A stretch of DNA of 64,000 bases from Eledone cirrhosa (taxonomy: Eukaryota). Shown in pieces: positions 1 through 11,412 of this stretch (within the stretch, counting starts at the first letter, position 1; every line of letters starts with the position of its first letter). Location: assembly GCA_964016885.1 (NCBI GenBank), contig OZ024740.1, positions 162,626,001 through 162,690,000 on the forward strand. Direction: 5' to 3'. The translations under genes were made by a program, and so were the position numbers. The notes under the pieces are model-generated. The model searched no databases. It saw only the letters and a list, made by a program, of their open reading frames with translations, and was not told where the DNA came from.

Positions 1-323
1 AAAATAGAGTAGGTATTTTTAAAAGTTACTACTCAACGGCTGAGCTCTTGCTGTTTCGATGGCGAGTGGATAACTTCATTCAGCTCTTTCCAAACCCCGT
101 CTCTTTATGGGCGGAGTCATAATTTGATTGATGTGTAGAGTAAATAGTAAAATGGGTGAAGCTGTGTGTGCAGGTGGAAAGTCACGGAATAAACTTTTTA
201 TGGTGTCGTACTTGGTGATTGTCTCAATTGAGGCGATTACAAGTCTGCCTGTTAGTGGGTGTGAGCAATAAACCGATTACTGTTGGAACTTCGATTTATG
301 TATTATTCGCGCCGCGCCCCTAG

Positions 324-480
<157 letters not shown>

Positions 481-875
481 CCTGTTAAGGCGGCGGTGGT
501 GGTGAAGGTTTTGCGTGCTTTGAAAGACCTGTTGCTATAGTGACGACGATATTGGGGTAATTTGCATTGGTAAAGAAGAGGGAAGAAGGTGATACTAAAG
601 TTGAATTTTTTAAAACAAAAATTCAAAAAGCTCGATAAAATTTCTGATCCTAGGGGTGAGAGACACAAAAGATGCCAGTCCCTTTGATAGGTGACCTGGT
701 TAATAAACATTGGGAAATAAAAGTTCAACAATAATAACTCTTTATAAGATCAACATTTTGAAAACAATATTGCAATTTACGGAGTATAATAAAGCGTGGC
801 AACCAATTGAAGACCATAATTATAGCTACTGTAATATTACTACTTATACAACTACTATTAATAATAATTCTTTCA

Positions 876-1055
876 GGGCAGTGGATTGGCAGAATCAGTC
901 GAACGTCGGACAACATGCTTAGCGGCATTGAGTTGTGGCCCTTTACGTCCTGGGTCCAAATCCCACCAAGGTTAGTTTCGCTTTCCATCCTTACGGGGTC
1001 GATAAAATAAAGAACCAGTAATGCAATTGTTGGCCTTGTGCGTAAATCAGAAACC
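876..1055 (+). mobile_element. tRNA-derived Meta-domain SINE (octopus OR1/OR2-like) with 19-bp TSD
   Basis: A-box-like TGGCAGAATCAG, B-box-like GGTCCAAATCC, core CTTTCCATCCTTACGGGGTCGATAAAATAAAG; TSD ATTAATAATAATTCTTTCA at 857-875 and 1056-1074. Confidence 0.85.
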
Positions 1056-1074
1056 ATTAATAATAATTCTTTCA

Positions 1075-2180
1075 CAGGACAAGCAATTTAGGAGAAAAAC
1101 AAATTCTATTATATCGACCCCAATACTTTACTGGTACTTAATTTTATCGTTTACCGAATGATGAAGCACAAAGTTGACGTCGGCGGAATTTGAATCAAAA
1201 CGTAGAAAGTCTAACTAAATGCCACAAAGTGTGTTGTCCGACGCTCCGTTGAAACTACCTACCTACTGCCGCCGTACAGCTATTATCAATAATAAAGATA
1301 ATATTAATAAATGAATGTTTCTAACATAGGCGCGATTGTTGAAGCCCTGGGTGTGAGAAGGTCCATTATATCGACGGATTGGTAGAATGTGGAGAGCATC
1401 GGACATTATGCTATGTGGCATAGAGATACGTCCCTTGACGTTCTGCGTTCAAATCCCACCGAGGTTAACTTTGCTTTCCATCCTTACTGGGTCGATAAAA
1501 TAAAGTACCAGTTTCGCACTGGGGCCGATTTAATTGTTGACCTCGTGCCTAAATCGGAAACCATTATCTCAACTAAAGTACTTATTGCTAACTCTGTAAA
1601 GATAGAAAGCAAAGTTACCCACACAGAATTGGAAGTTAAAGAAACCAAACTACGTAAAGGTATTTTCTCTGACGCTCTGTTGATTCTTCCGGTCCACTAT
1701 ACGGTAGATAAATAATTGCTATTAACAACTACAACAATAACAACGACAACAACAATGACATCAACAACAACAATTAATGATGTTTACAGAGAAAAAACAA
1801 CAACAGCCAGCTCAGTAATAATTGTTTCTACTATAGGCACAAGGCCAGCAATTTTGGGGGTTGGAAAGTCGATTAAATGTCGATATAGTACCTTATTAAA
1901 TTATTTGAAAAATATTTACTAAAATCAAATTAAGTTATTTCTTGAATGGATTTAATTTTAAATAATTGTTTCTACTTTTGGCACATGGTCAGTAATTTGA
2001 AAAGGGGGGAGAAAGTCGATTAAATCGACTCCAGTGCCTTACTGGTACTTTATTTTACCGACCCCATAAGGATGAAAGGTAAAGCTAACCTCGGCGGGAT
2101 TTGAACTCTGAATGTAAAGGGGCATAACTCTATGCTGCAAAGCATGGTGTCTGATGCTCAACCGATACTGCCAATCCCAA
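1075..2180. mobile_element. Cluster of three further Meta-SINE copies (about 1075-1270 minus, 1375-1570 plus, 1965-2180 minus) plus a tail fragment at about 1820-1890
   Basis: Same core GTCGATAAAATAAAGTACCAG or its reverse complement, and GTTCAAATCC B-box. Confidence 0.75.
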
Positions 2181-2382
2181 GTAACAATAACAACAACAGT
2201 GACAACAACAATGGTAGCATCAACGTTGGTCATCGCCTGGAGTTTTGAAAGTCCCAAATATTCTTTCTCATCTTGTCTACTTCTCATAATAGAATCAATT
2301 GTTTCCTAATTTAGACCTTTGTCAGACTACTGGCGACACTGGGTTTATTTTGTTAGCGTATGAGGTAGACTGGAGGGGGGGG

Positions 2383-2461
2383 TAGGAGGAGGAGGAGGAG
2401 GAGGAGAAGAAGAAGAAGAAGAAGAAGAAGAAGAAGAAGAAGAAGAAGAAGAAGAAGAAGG
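2383..2461. repeat. (GGA)n/(GAA)n microsatellite
   Basis: Direct reading. Confidence 0.95.
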
Positions 2462-2496
2462 GACTAGATATTACAATTGAATAAGGGGGCGTCAGA

Positions 2497-3830
2497 GTGT
2501 TGGTGGTGATGTTAGTGATGGTGCTGTTGGTAGTGGTTGAGGTAGTGGTGATGGTGGCGGTGGTAGAGGTAGTGGCGGTGGTGGTGGTGCTGTTGGTAGT
2601 GGTGATGGTGACGGTGGTGGTGGTGGTAGAGGTAGTGGTGATGGTGGCGGTGGTGGTGGTGCTGTTGGTGGTGGTAGAGGTAGTGGTGATGGTGGCGGTG
2701 GTGGTGGTGCTGTTGGTGGTGGTAGAGGCAGTGGTGATATTGGTGGTGGTGGTGGTGCTGTTGGTGGTGGTAGAGGTAGTGGTGATGGTGGCGGTGGTGG
2801 TGGTGCTGTTGGTGGTGGTAGAGGTAGTGGTGATGGTGGCGGTGGTGGTGGTGCTGTTGGTGGTGGTAGAGGCAGTGGTGATATTGGTGGTGGTGGTGGT
2901 GCTGTTGGTGGTGGTAGAGGTAGTGGTGATGGTGGCGGTGGTGGTGGTAGAGGTAGTGGTGATGGTGGCGGTGGTGGTGGTGCTGTTGGTGGTGGTAGAG
3001 GTAGTGGTGATGGTGGTGGTGGTAGAGGTAGTGGTGATGGTGGCGGTGGTGGTGGTGCTGTTGGTGGTGGTAGAGGTAGTGGTGATGGTGGCGGTGGTGG
3101 TGTTGCTGTTGGTAATGGTTGAGGTAGTGGTGATGGTGGCGGTGGTGGTGGTGCTGTTGGTAGTGGTTGAGGTAGTGGTGATATTGGCGGTGGTGGTGGT
3201 GCTGTTGGTTGTGGTAGAGGTAGTGGTGATGGTGGCGGTGGTGGTGGTGCTGTTGGTGGTGGTAGAGGTAGTGGTGATGGTGGCGGTGGTGGTGGTGCTG
3301 TTGGTGGTGGTAGAGGTAGTGGTGATGGTGGCGGTGGTGGTGGTGCTGTTGGTGGTGGTAGAGGTAGTGGTGATGGTGGCGGTGGTGGTGGTGCTGTTGG
3401 TGGTGGTAGAGGTAGTGGTGATGGTGGCGGTGGTGGTGGTGCTGTTGGTAGTGGTAGAGGTAGTGGTGATGGTGGCGGTGGTGGTGGTGCTGTTGGTGGT
3501 GGTAGAGGTAGTGGTGATGGTGGCGGTGGTGGTGGTGCTGTTGGTGGTGGTAGAGGTAGTGGTGATGGTGGCGGTGGTGGTGGTGCTGTTGGTAGTGGTA
3601 GAGGTAGTGGTGATATTGGTGGTGGTGCTCTTGGTGGTGGTAGAGGTAGTGGTGATGGTGGCGGTGGTGGTGGTGCTGTTGGTGGTGGTAGAGGTAGTGG
3701 TGATGGTGGCGGTGGTGGTGTTGCTGTTGGTGGTGGTAGAGGTAGTGGTGATGGTGGCGGTGGTGCTGGTGCTGTTGGTAGTGGTAGAGGTAGGGGTGAT
3801 GTTCTTTCGGGTTATTGTCATGGTGCTGAT
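2497..3830. repeat. 51-bp (GGT)-derived minisatellite
   Basis: Recurring unit GTGGTAGAGGTAGTGGTGATGGTGGCGGTGGTGGTGGTGCTGTTGGTGGTG; the 17-codon period is visible in the ORF track on both strands. Confidence 0.9.
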
Positions 3831-4380
3831 GGTTTTGATAGTGATGGGCTGGTGTTAACTGTGGCGGTAGGAGTGATCGCTTTGATGGTGGTGGTAGTGG
3901 TGGCGGTGGTGGTGGTATTGGTAATGGTGGTGGTGGTAGTAGAGGTGGTGGTGGTGCTGATGATTGTTGTTGTTGTTGGTGGAGGTGGTGTTGATAGAGG
4001 GCATTGTTTTGATTGTGGTGTTGGTAGTGTTATTGATAGATGTGGTGAAGCTCTGGGTGGTAATGGTGTCAGTAGTATTAGCGGAGGTTTTTGAGAAATA
4101 TAGAACTATCAGCAAGTAGAGAGAGAGAGTGAGAGAGTGGGGAGAAGATAGAATGGGAGAGAGACAGATAAAGATAGACAGAGGTACACTTGGAATTAGA
4201 GAATGGACATGGGGAAAGAAAGTAAAGTATGGATATATAGGAAAGGGTAAAGAGTATCGTACGCAAGGAGTTCAGAAGGACACTAATGCAGAGGACAGAC
4301 AAATACATACATGCATAAAAATGTTTGCATACATACATACATACATACATACATACATACATACATACATACATACATAC

Positions 4381-4929
4381 ATGATGGCTGCCCCCTCGTT
4401 ATCGAGTATGGCCATTGCACGATATAACATTATTAATTGTTTCTACTTTAGGCACAAGGCCAGCAAATACCCAGTACATTACTGGTACTTTATTTTACTG
4501 GTACTTTATTTCGACCCCGTAGGATGAAAGGCAAAGTTAACCTCGGCGGGATTTGAACTCAGACTGTAAAGGGACGTAACTATGCTGGAAAGCATGGCGT
4601 CCAACCCTCTACCGATACTGCCAAAACATTATTAATGATTATCAAATAGGCTATCGTGCAATGCCTGTGCGTGAAGATATTTTTTAAAGTGAGGAAAGAC
4701 TGTGCACTGAGCCAATCCCACTCTCTTAGTGACAGTAGATATAACCCGAAAAGAAGAAAAGATCAACATCATCGGTAACTACTGAGCCGCAGGATTTATG
4801 TCGGAGTTATCCCAGTTTCCTGAGTTGCCTTCTAGAAGAATGCCCTGACAAAGGCTAGGGGTCCTTCACTCCCAGTGGTTTAACGGCGCGATCGGGTATC
4901 CAGCCCGACTATTTCTATGTCCCCGCGCA
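4381..4929 (-). mobile_element. Bipartite non-autonomous RTE derivative (5'UTR + 3' end), interrupted by a SINE
   Basis: 4655-4929 closely matches the RTE 5'UTR at 11135-11412 and has the same 5' start; 4381-4420 matches the RTE 3' terminus at 7248-7287; followed by a (GTAT)n tail. Confidence 0.85.
4438..4624 (-). mobile_element. Meta-SINE copy with 12-bp TSD
   Basis: TSD AACATTATTAAT at 4426-4437 and 4625-4636. Confidence 0.85.
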
Positions 4930-5112
4930 TCTATACACATATGTATACATGCATATACATATATACATATACACATATATGCATATATATACATATTTAC
5001 ACATTTTTGGATGGCCATTGACTCTTATGAATTCTTTTGCCTTTTGTCAGGTTTTGTTTTTGTCCTGCAGGGTGTCCAAAATCCCCCTCCTCACCAAGTG
5101 CATACATACATA

Positions 5113-5635
5113 CATGAAATTAGCTGCCCAGCAGATGCCAATAAAATATCAAAGATTAGTGAAAAGGAGAATATTTATGCAGAACTGATGAGGAATCTGC
5201 AGATACTCCACCCTGATTACACCTTCAGATTTATGCCTGTGATTATTGGGGCACTGGGATATATTAGTAACTGCCTCAATACAAATCTTGAGAAGCTAGG
5301 CTTCACGGGAATAGAAAGAACACAACTAGTTAGGAAATTACAAGTACAATCCATTAATGGAACAGTAAAAAATATGTAAAACATTCCAAACATTTTGCAT
5401 CGAATAACTGCATATACATATGTACAGATACAAAGCATATACACATGCACACATACAACTCAAAGTATACACATCCACACATACAATAACATCCATATCT
5501 ACACATACATGCATACATACATATCTACCTAGTTGATGTTGTGTAAATTCCAATGAGAGAGTCTTGTGTCTTTGTTAGAAACCGACTGTCTCTCTATTGG
5601 TAAAACTTTGTGAAATTATAAAACCAGAAGAACAT
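5113..5635 (+). pseudogene. 5'-truncated R4/Dong-like LINE: restriction-like endonuclease C-terminus and probable 3'UTR
   Basis: EISCPADANKISKISEKENIYAELMRNLQILHPDYTFRFMPVIIGALG, starting immediately after (TACA)n. Confidence 0.7.
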
Positions 5636-5965
5636 GGTGGCTGCCAACTCGTTTTCGAGTACGGCCACTACTTTATATCCATGTAGGAGAACCCCTACCG
5701 ATGCGCTGAACGAGTGTGACTTTTTAGTCCAGCCAGCGACTTGAAAACTCTGGTACAAACACTACACTTGTGACAATTATTGACACATAGTGCTGGGCCT
5801 ATGGTACCATGTGATGACAAGTGCAGAGAGATCTCCAGATATAAAGCAATGCCTGTGCCGTGAAGCTTTTATAGTGAGCAAAGGCACTGCACAAAGCCAG
5901 TCCCACTCTCTTAACCAAGATGATATTTACCAAAAAGAAGAACAAGTCAACATCATTGGATACCA
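5633..5965 (-). mobile_element. Second bipartite RTE derivative (partial 5'UTR + last C2H2 finger + 3' end)
   Basis: Minus strand encodes CSVCTRVFKSLAGLKSHTRSAHR*, compared with RTE CRLCARHFGSLAGLKSHIRSQH; 5847-5960 resembles the RTE 5'UTR. Confidence 0.75.
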
Positions 5966-6187
5966 TCATACATACATACATACATACATACATACATACA
6001 TACATGATGCATGATGGCTGCCCCCTCGTTATTGAGTATGGCTATTGCACGAGAATTAAAATATATATATATATATATACATATACACACACATACATAT
6101 ATATATATACACACACATATATATATATATACATATACACACATATATATAAACATACATATATATTAATAACAATGCATACATACA

Positions 6188-6218
<31 letters not shown>

Positions 6219-6394
6219 CATACATACATACATACATACATACATACATACACACATACATATAGCCATCCATCCATCCATACATACATACATACATACA
6301 TACATACATACATACATACATACATACATACATACACACATACATATATCCATCCATACATACATGCATACATACATACATAAAATAAAATAAA

Positions 6395-7030
6395 AACTGT
6401 CACCAAATTAAAGCACAACCGACCTGATATTTTTGTTTTGGACCACACATTGAAAACGTACTCTGTTGTAGAGATCAGCTGCCCACTTGATGGCAACGTT
6501 GTAAGAAAAATACAGAAGGAGGACATCTACGGACCATTGATGAGGAGTTTGCAAATCCAGTATCCAAGATATACCTTCAGCTTCATACCCATCATTATTG
6601 GAGCTACAGGTGGTGGATTGGCAGTATCGGTAGAGAGTCGGACGCCATGCTTTGCATCAAAGAGTTACGGCCCTTTATAATCTGAGTTCAAATCCCGCCG
6701 AGGTTAACTTTGCCTTTCATCCTTACGGGGTCGATAAAATAAAGTACCAGTAATGCACTGGGTAATTGCTTGCCTTGTGCCAAAAGTAGAAACAATTATT
6801 GGAGCTACAGGTTATAGACCAACCCGCTTGGACCAAAGTATAACTTGGATTTGTGGACAATGACCGCAGCTCCCTAATTCATAGACTACAAATGGCCACA
6901 ATATCTGTCACCTTCAAAATTTGCTAAACATTGTTGCGATTCAAGGGATGACAATTTCTTTTCTATTACAACATTGCAACTAGGAAGGTGGCCGGTCAAA
7001 AATGTACTCGAAGTTAAGAGAAAGAGAACA
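6395..7030 (+). pseudogene. 5'-truncated R4/Dong-like LINE endonuclease fragment, interrupted by a SINE
   Basis: KHNRPDIFVLDHTLKTYSVVEISCPLDGNV...PIIIGATG (PD-(D/E)xK type); (TACA)n on both sides. Confidence 0.75.
6612..6794 (+). mobile_element. Meta-SINE copy with 18-bp TSD
   Basis: TSD ATTATTGGAGCTACAGGT at 6594-6611 and 6795-6812. Confidence 0.9.
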
Positions 7031-7247
7031 TACATACATACGTAGTACTTACATGCATACATACATATATACATACATATATAGATATATACATATATAC
7101 ATAGATACATACATACATGCATACATACATACATAGATAATACATACATACATGCGTACATATATACATACATATATACATACATACATGCATAGATACA
7201 TACACACACAGATACATACAAACATACATACATATATACATACGTAC

Positions 7248-7313
7248 ATGATGGCTGCCCCCTCGTTATCGAGTATGGCCATTGCACAATAAAAAAAAAA
7301 AAAAAAAAAAAAA

Positions 7314-7368
<55 letters not shown>

Positions 7369-7444
7369 GCAATAATAATAATAACGACAACAACAATAAT
7401 ATACATATTCATATATATATACACACACACGCACGCACATAAGC

Positions 7445-7482
<38 letters not shown>

Positions 7483-10400
7483 GATAGCAACTAACAGTGC
7501 TGCGATCGAATGTGGCTTTTTAGCCCAGCCAATGATCCAAAATGTCTTGCACAGAGTCGGCAACCAAAACATTTACTGGGAATAGTCGGCTGTGGTTGGA
7601 GTTCGTGTACTTTTGCATGTCGCTTGAGTCCTCCTGCTGATTTACATTCTCTACCACATGTTTGGCAAGCATGATGAGTAGCATCTCCAACAGCAGCCTG
7701 GTAGTCAACCACTGGTCTTACTTTATGACTGCGAAGATGACTTTCGAGTCCAGCTTTGCTTAGGCAGAGTCTCGCACAGACGCTGCATGTCAGAAACATA
7801 GGAGGACCCTCGCCGTCTGGAAGTGCAACAGCAATACCCTTCCTCGCGTCCCGCTTTACTTTCTCGTGTGCGATTCGAGATGCCTCAAAGGCAACTTTTC
7901 CCTCATATACAGTCTTTCTCCATTTATTACGATCAGCAGCAATATTTTCCCATGTATCAGCAGAGATGTTAGCGTCTTTCAGAGAGGCCTTCAAGGAATC
8001 CTTATACCTCTTTTTTGGTTTATGTGGCGGTCGTTTTCCTTTAACCAACTCTCCATAGAAGAGTTGTTTTGGTATTCTAGAATCCTTCATCCTGGCAAGG
8101 TGACCACTCCAACGGAGTCGCTGCTTAAGCACAAGAGCTTCTATACTGTCACACATAGAGCTTTCCAAAATCTCGACATCACTGATGTGGTCCCTCCAGC
8201 GAACGCCATGTATCCGTCTGAGACACATCTGATGGAAACGCTCCAATTGCTTAAGGTGGCGTCGATATGTGACCCAGGTCTCGCAGGCATAAAGAAGACA
8301 AGAGAGTACACATGCCCTGTACACCTTTACCTTTGTCCTCCTGCATATGTCTCGCCGACCCCAGAGTCGCCTTTCTAGCTTTCCGAAAGCATCACTTGCT
8401 TTCCTAATCCTAAGTGAGATTTCACTGTCAAGGTTGCCGTATCGATTGACAGTGCTTCCCAGGTAGACAAACTGATCAACCACTCCAAGTCGTTTGCCAT
8501 ACACATAGATGTTTGGTTCAGTGTACTGCCTACCAGGTGCAGGTTGGTACATGACGACGGTTTTCTTGAGACTGACAGTCAAACCCAGGGCAGTGCAAGC
8601 GTCAGAAAATACATTCAAAATGTGCTGCATATCACTCTCTGTGTGCGCTACAAGATCGCAATCATCTGCATACAAGAGGTCTCTTATGACTGATGTAAAT
8701 ACTTTTGTCTTCGCAGCAAAGCGCCTGATGTTAAATATGCTGCCTGAGGTTCGATATCGGATGTAAACACCATGCTCGCAATTCCTGAATGCAATACAGA
8801 AAACCATTGCAAAGTATATGGCAAACAGGGTCGGTGCTGGAATATCCCCCTGTTTCACTCCATTTTTTACTGAGATAGGCTCCGACATGTTACCTCCGAC
8901 ATTAACCCAAGCCTTCATGTCGTCATGGAAAGACCTAACTAAAGCAAGGAACTTATCAGGGCAACCAAGTTTCTGGAGAACCTTCCATAAAGCATCTCTG
9001 TTGACAGTATCGAAAGCCTTTGTCAGATCGACAAAAACCTGATACAGATCCAAGCCCTGTTCAATGCACTTCTCCTGGAGCTGTCTAGCTGAGAAGATCA
9101 TATCAGTAGTGCCGCGTCCAACACGAAAACCAGATTGACTTTCAGGAAGGACACAATCTGCAATGTGTGTCAGCAGACGGTCCAGAAGCACCCTACATAA
9201 AACTTTCCCCACGACAGAAAGCAATGATATACCTCTGTAGTTCCCACAATCATTCCTGTTACCCTTTCTCTTGTACAAGACCACCATTACTGCATCTCTC
9301 CAGTCCTCAGGCACGGATTCATTAGCCCATATCCTTCCAAACAGAGAGTGAAGATGTTGCAGGAGTCTCTCACCACCATATTGTAGGAGCTCAGCATGTA
9401 TGCCATCCATACCTGGAGATCTTCCACTGTTCAGCTTCGAAATAGCCACTGCAACCTCCACAAGTGTCGGAGGCTCTGCGAGAGCTACTTTCACAGGACT
9501 TTCCGGAATGAGATTGAGGAAATCTTCACTGACGACAGACGGCTGATTCAAAAGATCATCAAAGTGCTCCCGCCACCTTCGTAGAATTCCCTGTGAGTCA
9601 CGAAGAAGTTCTTTGCCATCCTTGCTGCGAATCGGTGTCACCAGAGAAGAAGACGGTCCATAAACCTCACGCAAGAGACTGTACAACAGCTTTGTGTTAT
9701 TGCAATCAGACGCAGTTTGTATCTCACCAGCCTTCTCACTCCACCACTGATCCTTCATCTGAGAAAGACTCCGCCTAACACGTGATTTTACATCCCTGAG
9801 CTCCTCATGCAACGTATTCCTCTCCTGTGGTCTTGCCGTCAAGTAGCGTGACAGAGCGCGCCTCTTATCAGCCAACAAGTCATCTATATGCACATCTTTC
9901 TCATTAAACCAGTCCTGATGTTTTCTCTGCACCAATCCCAGAACACGTCTGCCTACATCATAAACCGACTTTTTAAGGGTCGGCCAATCCTCACCAAGAT
10001 CTGCAGCCTGCATCTCTTCTTCCAATGTCCTCTTCACATTTTTATCCTTAAGACGAGCAGCATTCAATCTTTTGGGCAGGGTAACACCAGGAGCCCGGAT
10101 TTTACGTTTGGTGATTAGATTCACTTTTGCGCGTACCAGGCGGTGGTCCGTCCAGCACTCAGCTCCACGAAGAACACGAACACACCGCACATCCTGTCTG
10201 TCACGCATCCTGACTAGGACGTAGTCCAAAAGATGCCATTCCTTAGATGCAGGATGCATCCATGTGGTCTTGAATTTGTTCTTTTGTTGGAACATGGTGT
10301 TGGTAACACACAGATCCAGCTCCTCACACATCTGCAGCAAGAGCATACCATTGCTGTTACACTTTCCCACCCCATGCCTTCCGATTACATTCCATGTGTT

Positions 10401-11412
10401 AAAATCCCTACCCACTCTAGCATTAAAGTCACCAAGCACGATGACTTTGTCTGCCTGAGGGATATTTCTTAAAACACCTTTCAAGGCATGGTAAAAGGAC
10501 AGTTTTTCTTCATCGACAGAATTCATAGTTGGAGCATACACACTCACCAGGGTAGCATATCTTCCCTTGTCCAGCGGAACTCTCATGGACATAAGACGCT
10601 CACTAATCCCCACTGGGAATTCTTCCAATTTATTCACCAGTACAGTCTTAACAGCAAATCCTACCCCAGCCTCTCTTCTGGTTCCTTCATCTCTTCCTTT
10701 CCAGAAGAATGTATATTCTCCACAAAATTCCGTAAGATGACCATCTCCAGCTAACCTCGTCTCAGACAAAGCCACGATGTCAAGATCGTAACGTCGAAGC
10801 TCCTTCGCAACAAGAGCGGTCCTTCGTTCAGGACGCTCCAAAGAATCCCCGTCAAGCAGCGTCCGTACGTTCCAGCAGCCAAGACTAAATGCCCTGTTTG
10901 GCTCTATTACAATGGCACGATGACGGGCGGGCCCAGGTTGTGATAACTTGGGGCCCCTGCCCTTATTGCCAATGATCTTTTTTGTTCCAGAACCCAAATT
11001 GGCAATTATCTCGTTTACATTGTTCTGGAACATCATTGAATTGGAAAAAAAAAAAAAAAAAAAAAAAAAAGTAATAATAATAGTAATAATAATAATAATA
11101 ATAATACTACACTATTAATAATTATTAATGCACTCGTGCAATGCCTGTGCGTGACGAATATTTTTAAAGTGAGGAAAGACTGTGCACTGAACCAATCCCA
11201 CTCTCTGAGCGACAGTAGCTATAACCCGAAAAGAAGAAAAGATCAACATCATCGGTAACTACTGAGCCGCAGGTTTTATATCGGAGTTAACCCAGTTTCC
11301 TGAGATGCCTTCTCCTAGAAGAATACCCTGACATGGGCTAGGGGTTCTTCACTCCCAGTGGTTTAACTGCGCGATCGGGCATCCAGCCCGATTATTTCTA
11401 TGTCCCCGCGCA
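7248..11412 (-). mobile_element. Full-length RTE-clade (BovB-like) LINE
   Basis: 5'UTR at 11037-11412, single ORF, and a 3' terminal hairpin CTCG-ATAA-CGAG followed by GGGGCAGCCATCAT and (GTAT)n. Confidence 0.9.
7491..11036 (-). CDS. RTE ORF: AP endonuclease + reverse transcriptase + three C-terminal C2H2 zinc fingers (1181 aa, uninterrupted)
   Basis: APE motifs WNVRTL, ALSETR, GDFNARVG, TDH; RT motifs NYRGISLL, FVDLTKAFD, GVKQG, LYADD, FVYLGS; three CxxC...HxxxH-type fingers. Confidence 0.95.
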   Translation of the reverse strand: MMFQNNVNEIIANLGSGTKKIIGNKGRGPKLSQPGPARHRAIVIEPNRAFSLGCWNVRTLLDGDSLERPERRTALVAKELRRYDLDIVALSETRLAGDGHLTEFCGEYTFFWKGRDEGTRREAGVGFAVKTVLVNKLEEFPVGISERLMSMRVPLDKGRYATLVSVYAPTMNSVDEEKLSFYHALKGVLRNIPQADKVIVLGDFNARVGRDFNTWNVIGRHGVGKCNSNGMLLLQMCEELDLCVTNTMFQQKNKFKTTWMHPASKEWHLLDYVLVRMRDRQDVRCVRVLRGAECWTDHRLVRAKVNLITKRKIRAPGVTLPKRLNAARLKDKNVKRTLEEEMQAADLGEDWPTLKKSVYDVGRRVLGLVQRKHQDWFNEKDVHIDDLLADKRRALSRYLTARPQERNTLHEELRDVKSRVRRSLSQMKDQWWSEKAGEIQTASDCNNTKLLYSLLREVYGPSSSLVTPIRSKDGKELLRDSQGILRRWREHFDDLLNQPSVVSEDFLNLIPESPVKVALAEPPTLVEVAVAISKLNSGRSPGMDGIHAELLQYGGERLLQHLHSLFGRIWANESVPEDWRDAVMVVLYKRKGNRNDCGNYRGISLLSVVGKVLCRVLLDRLLTHIADCVLPESQSGFRVGRGTTDMIFSARQLQEKCIEQGLDLYQVFVDLTKAFDTVNRDALWKVLQKLGCPDKFLALVRSFHDDMKAWVNVGGNMSEPISVKNGVKQGDIPAPTLFAIYFAMVFCIAFRNCEHGVYIRYRTSGSIFNIRRFAAKTKVFTSVIRDLLYADDCDLVAHTESDMQHILNVFSDACTALGLTVSLKKTVVMYQPAPGRQYTEPNIYVYGKRLGVVDQFVYLGSTVNRYGNLDSEISLRIRKASDAFGKLERRLWGRRDICRRTKVKVYRACVLSCLLYACETWVTYRRHLKQLERFHQMCLRRIHGVRWRDHISDVEILESSMCDSIEALVLKQRLRWSGHLARMKDSRIPKQLFYGELVKGKRPPHKPKKRYKDSLKASLKDANISADTWENIAADRNKWRKTVYEGKVAFEASRIAHEKVKRDARKGIAVALPDGEGPPMFLTCSVCARLCLSKAGLESHLRSHKVRPVVDYQAAVGDATHHACQTCGRECKSAGGLKRHAKVHELQPQPTIPSKCFGCRLCARHFGSLAGLKSHIRSQHC

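Noticed and set aside
2322-3858. 499-aa Thr-rich (mucin-like) and 453-aa Val-rich ORFs
   Set aside because: Both strands are open only because the minisatellite derives from GGT triplets. There is no signal peptide or flanking domain, and the frame runs into poly-Phe from (GAA)n. A mucin exon cannot be fully excluded without RNA data.
7756-10754. Plus-strand ORFs within the RTE, and antisense ORFs within Tx1, Helitron and Penelope
   Set aside because: Shadow frames of the real coding strand with no recognisable motifs
11135-11412. HDV-like ribozyme in the RTE 5'UTR
   Set aside because: Known for some RTEs, but I could not fit the nested double pseudoknot by eye; a descriptor search is needed
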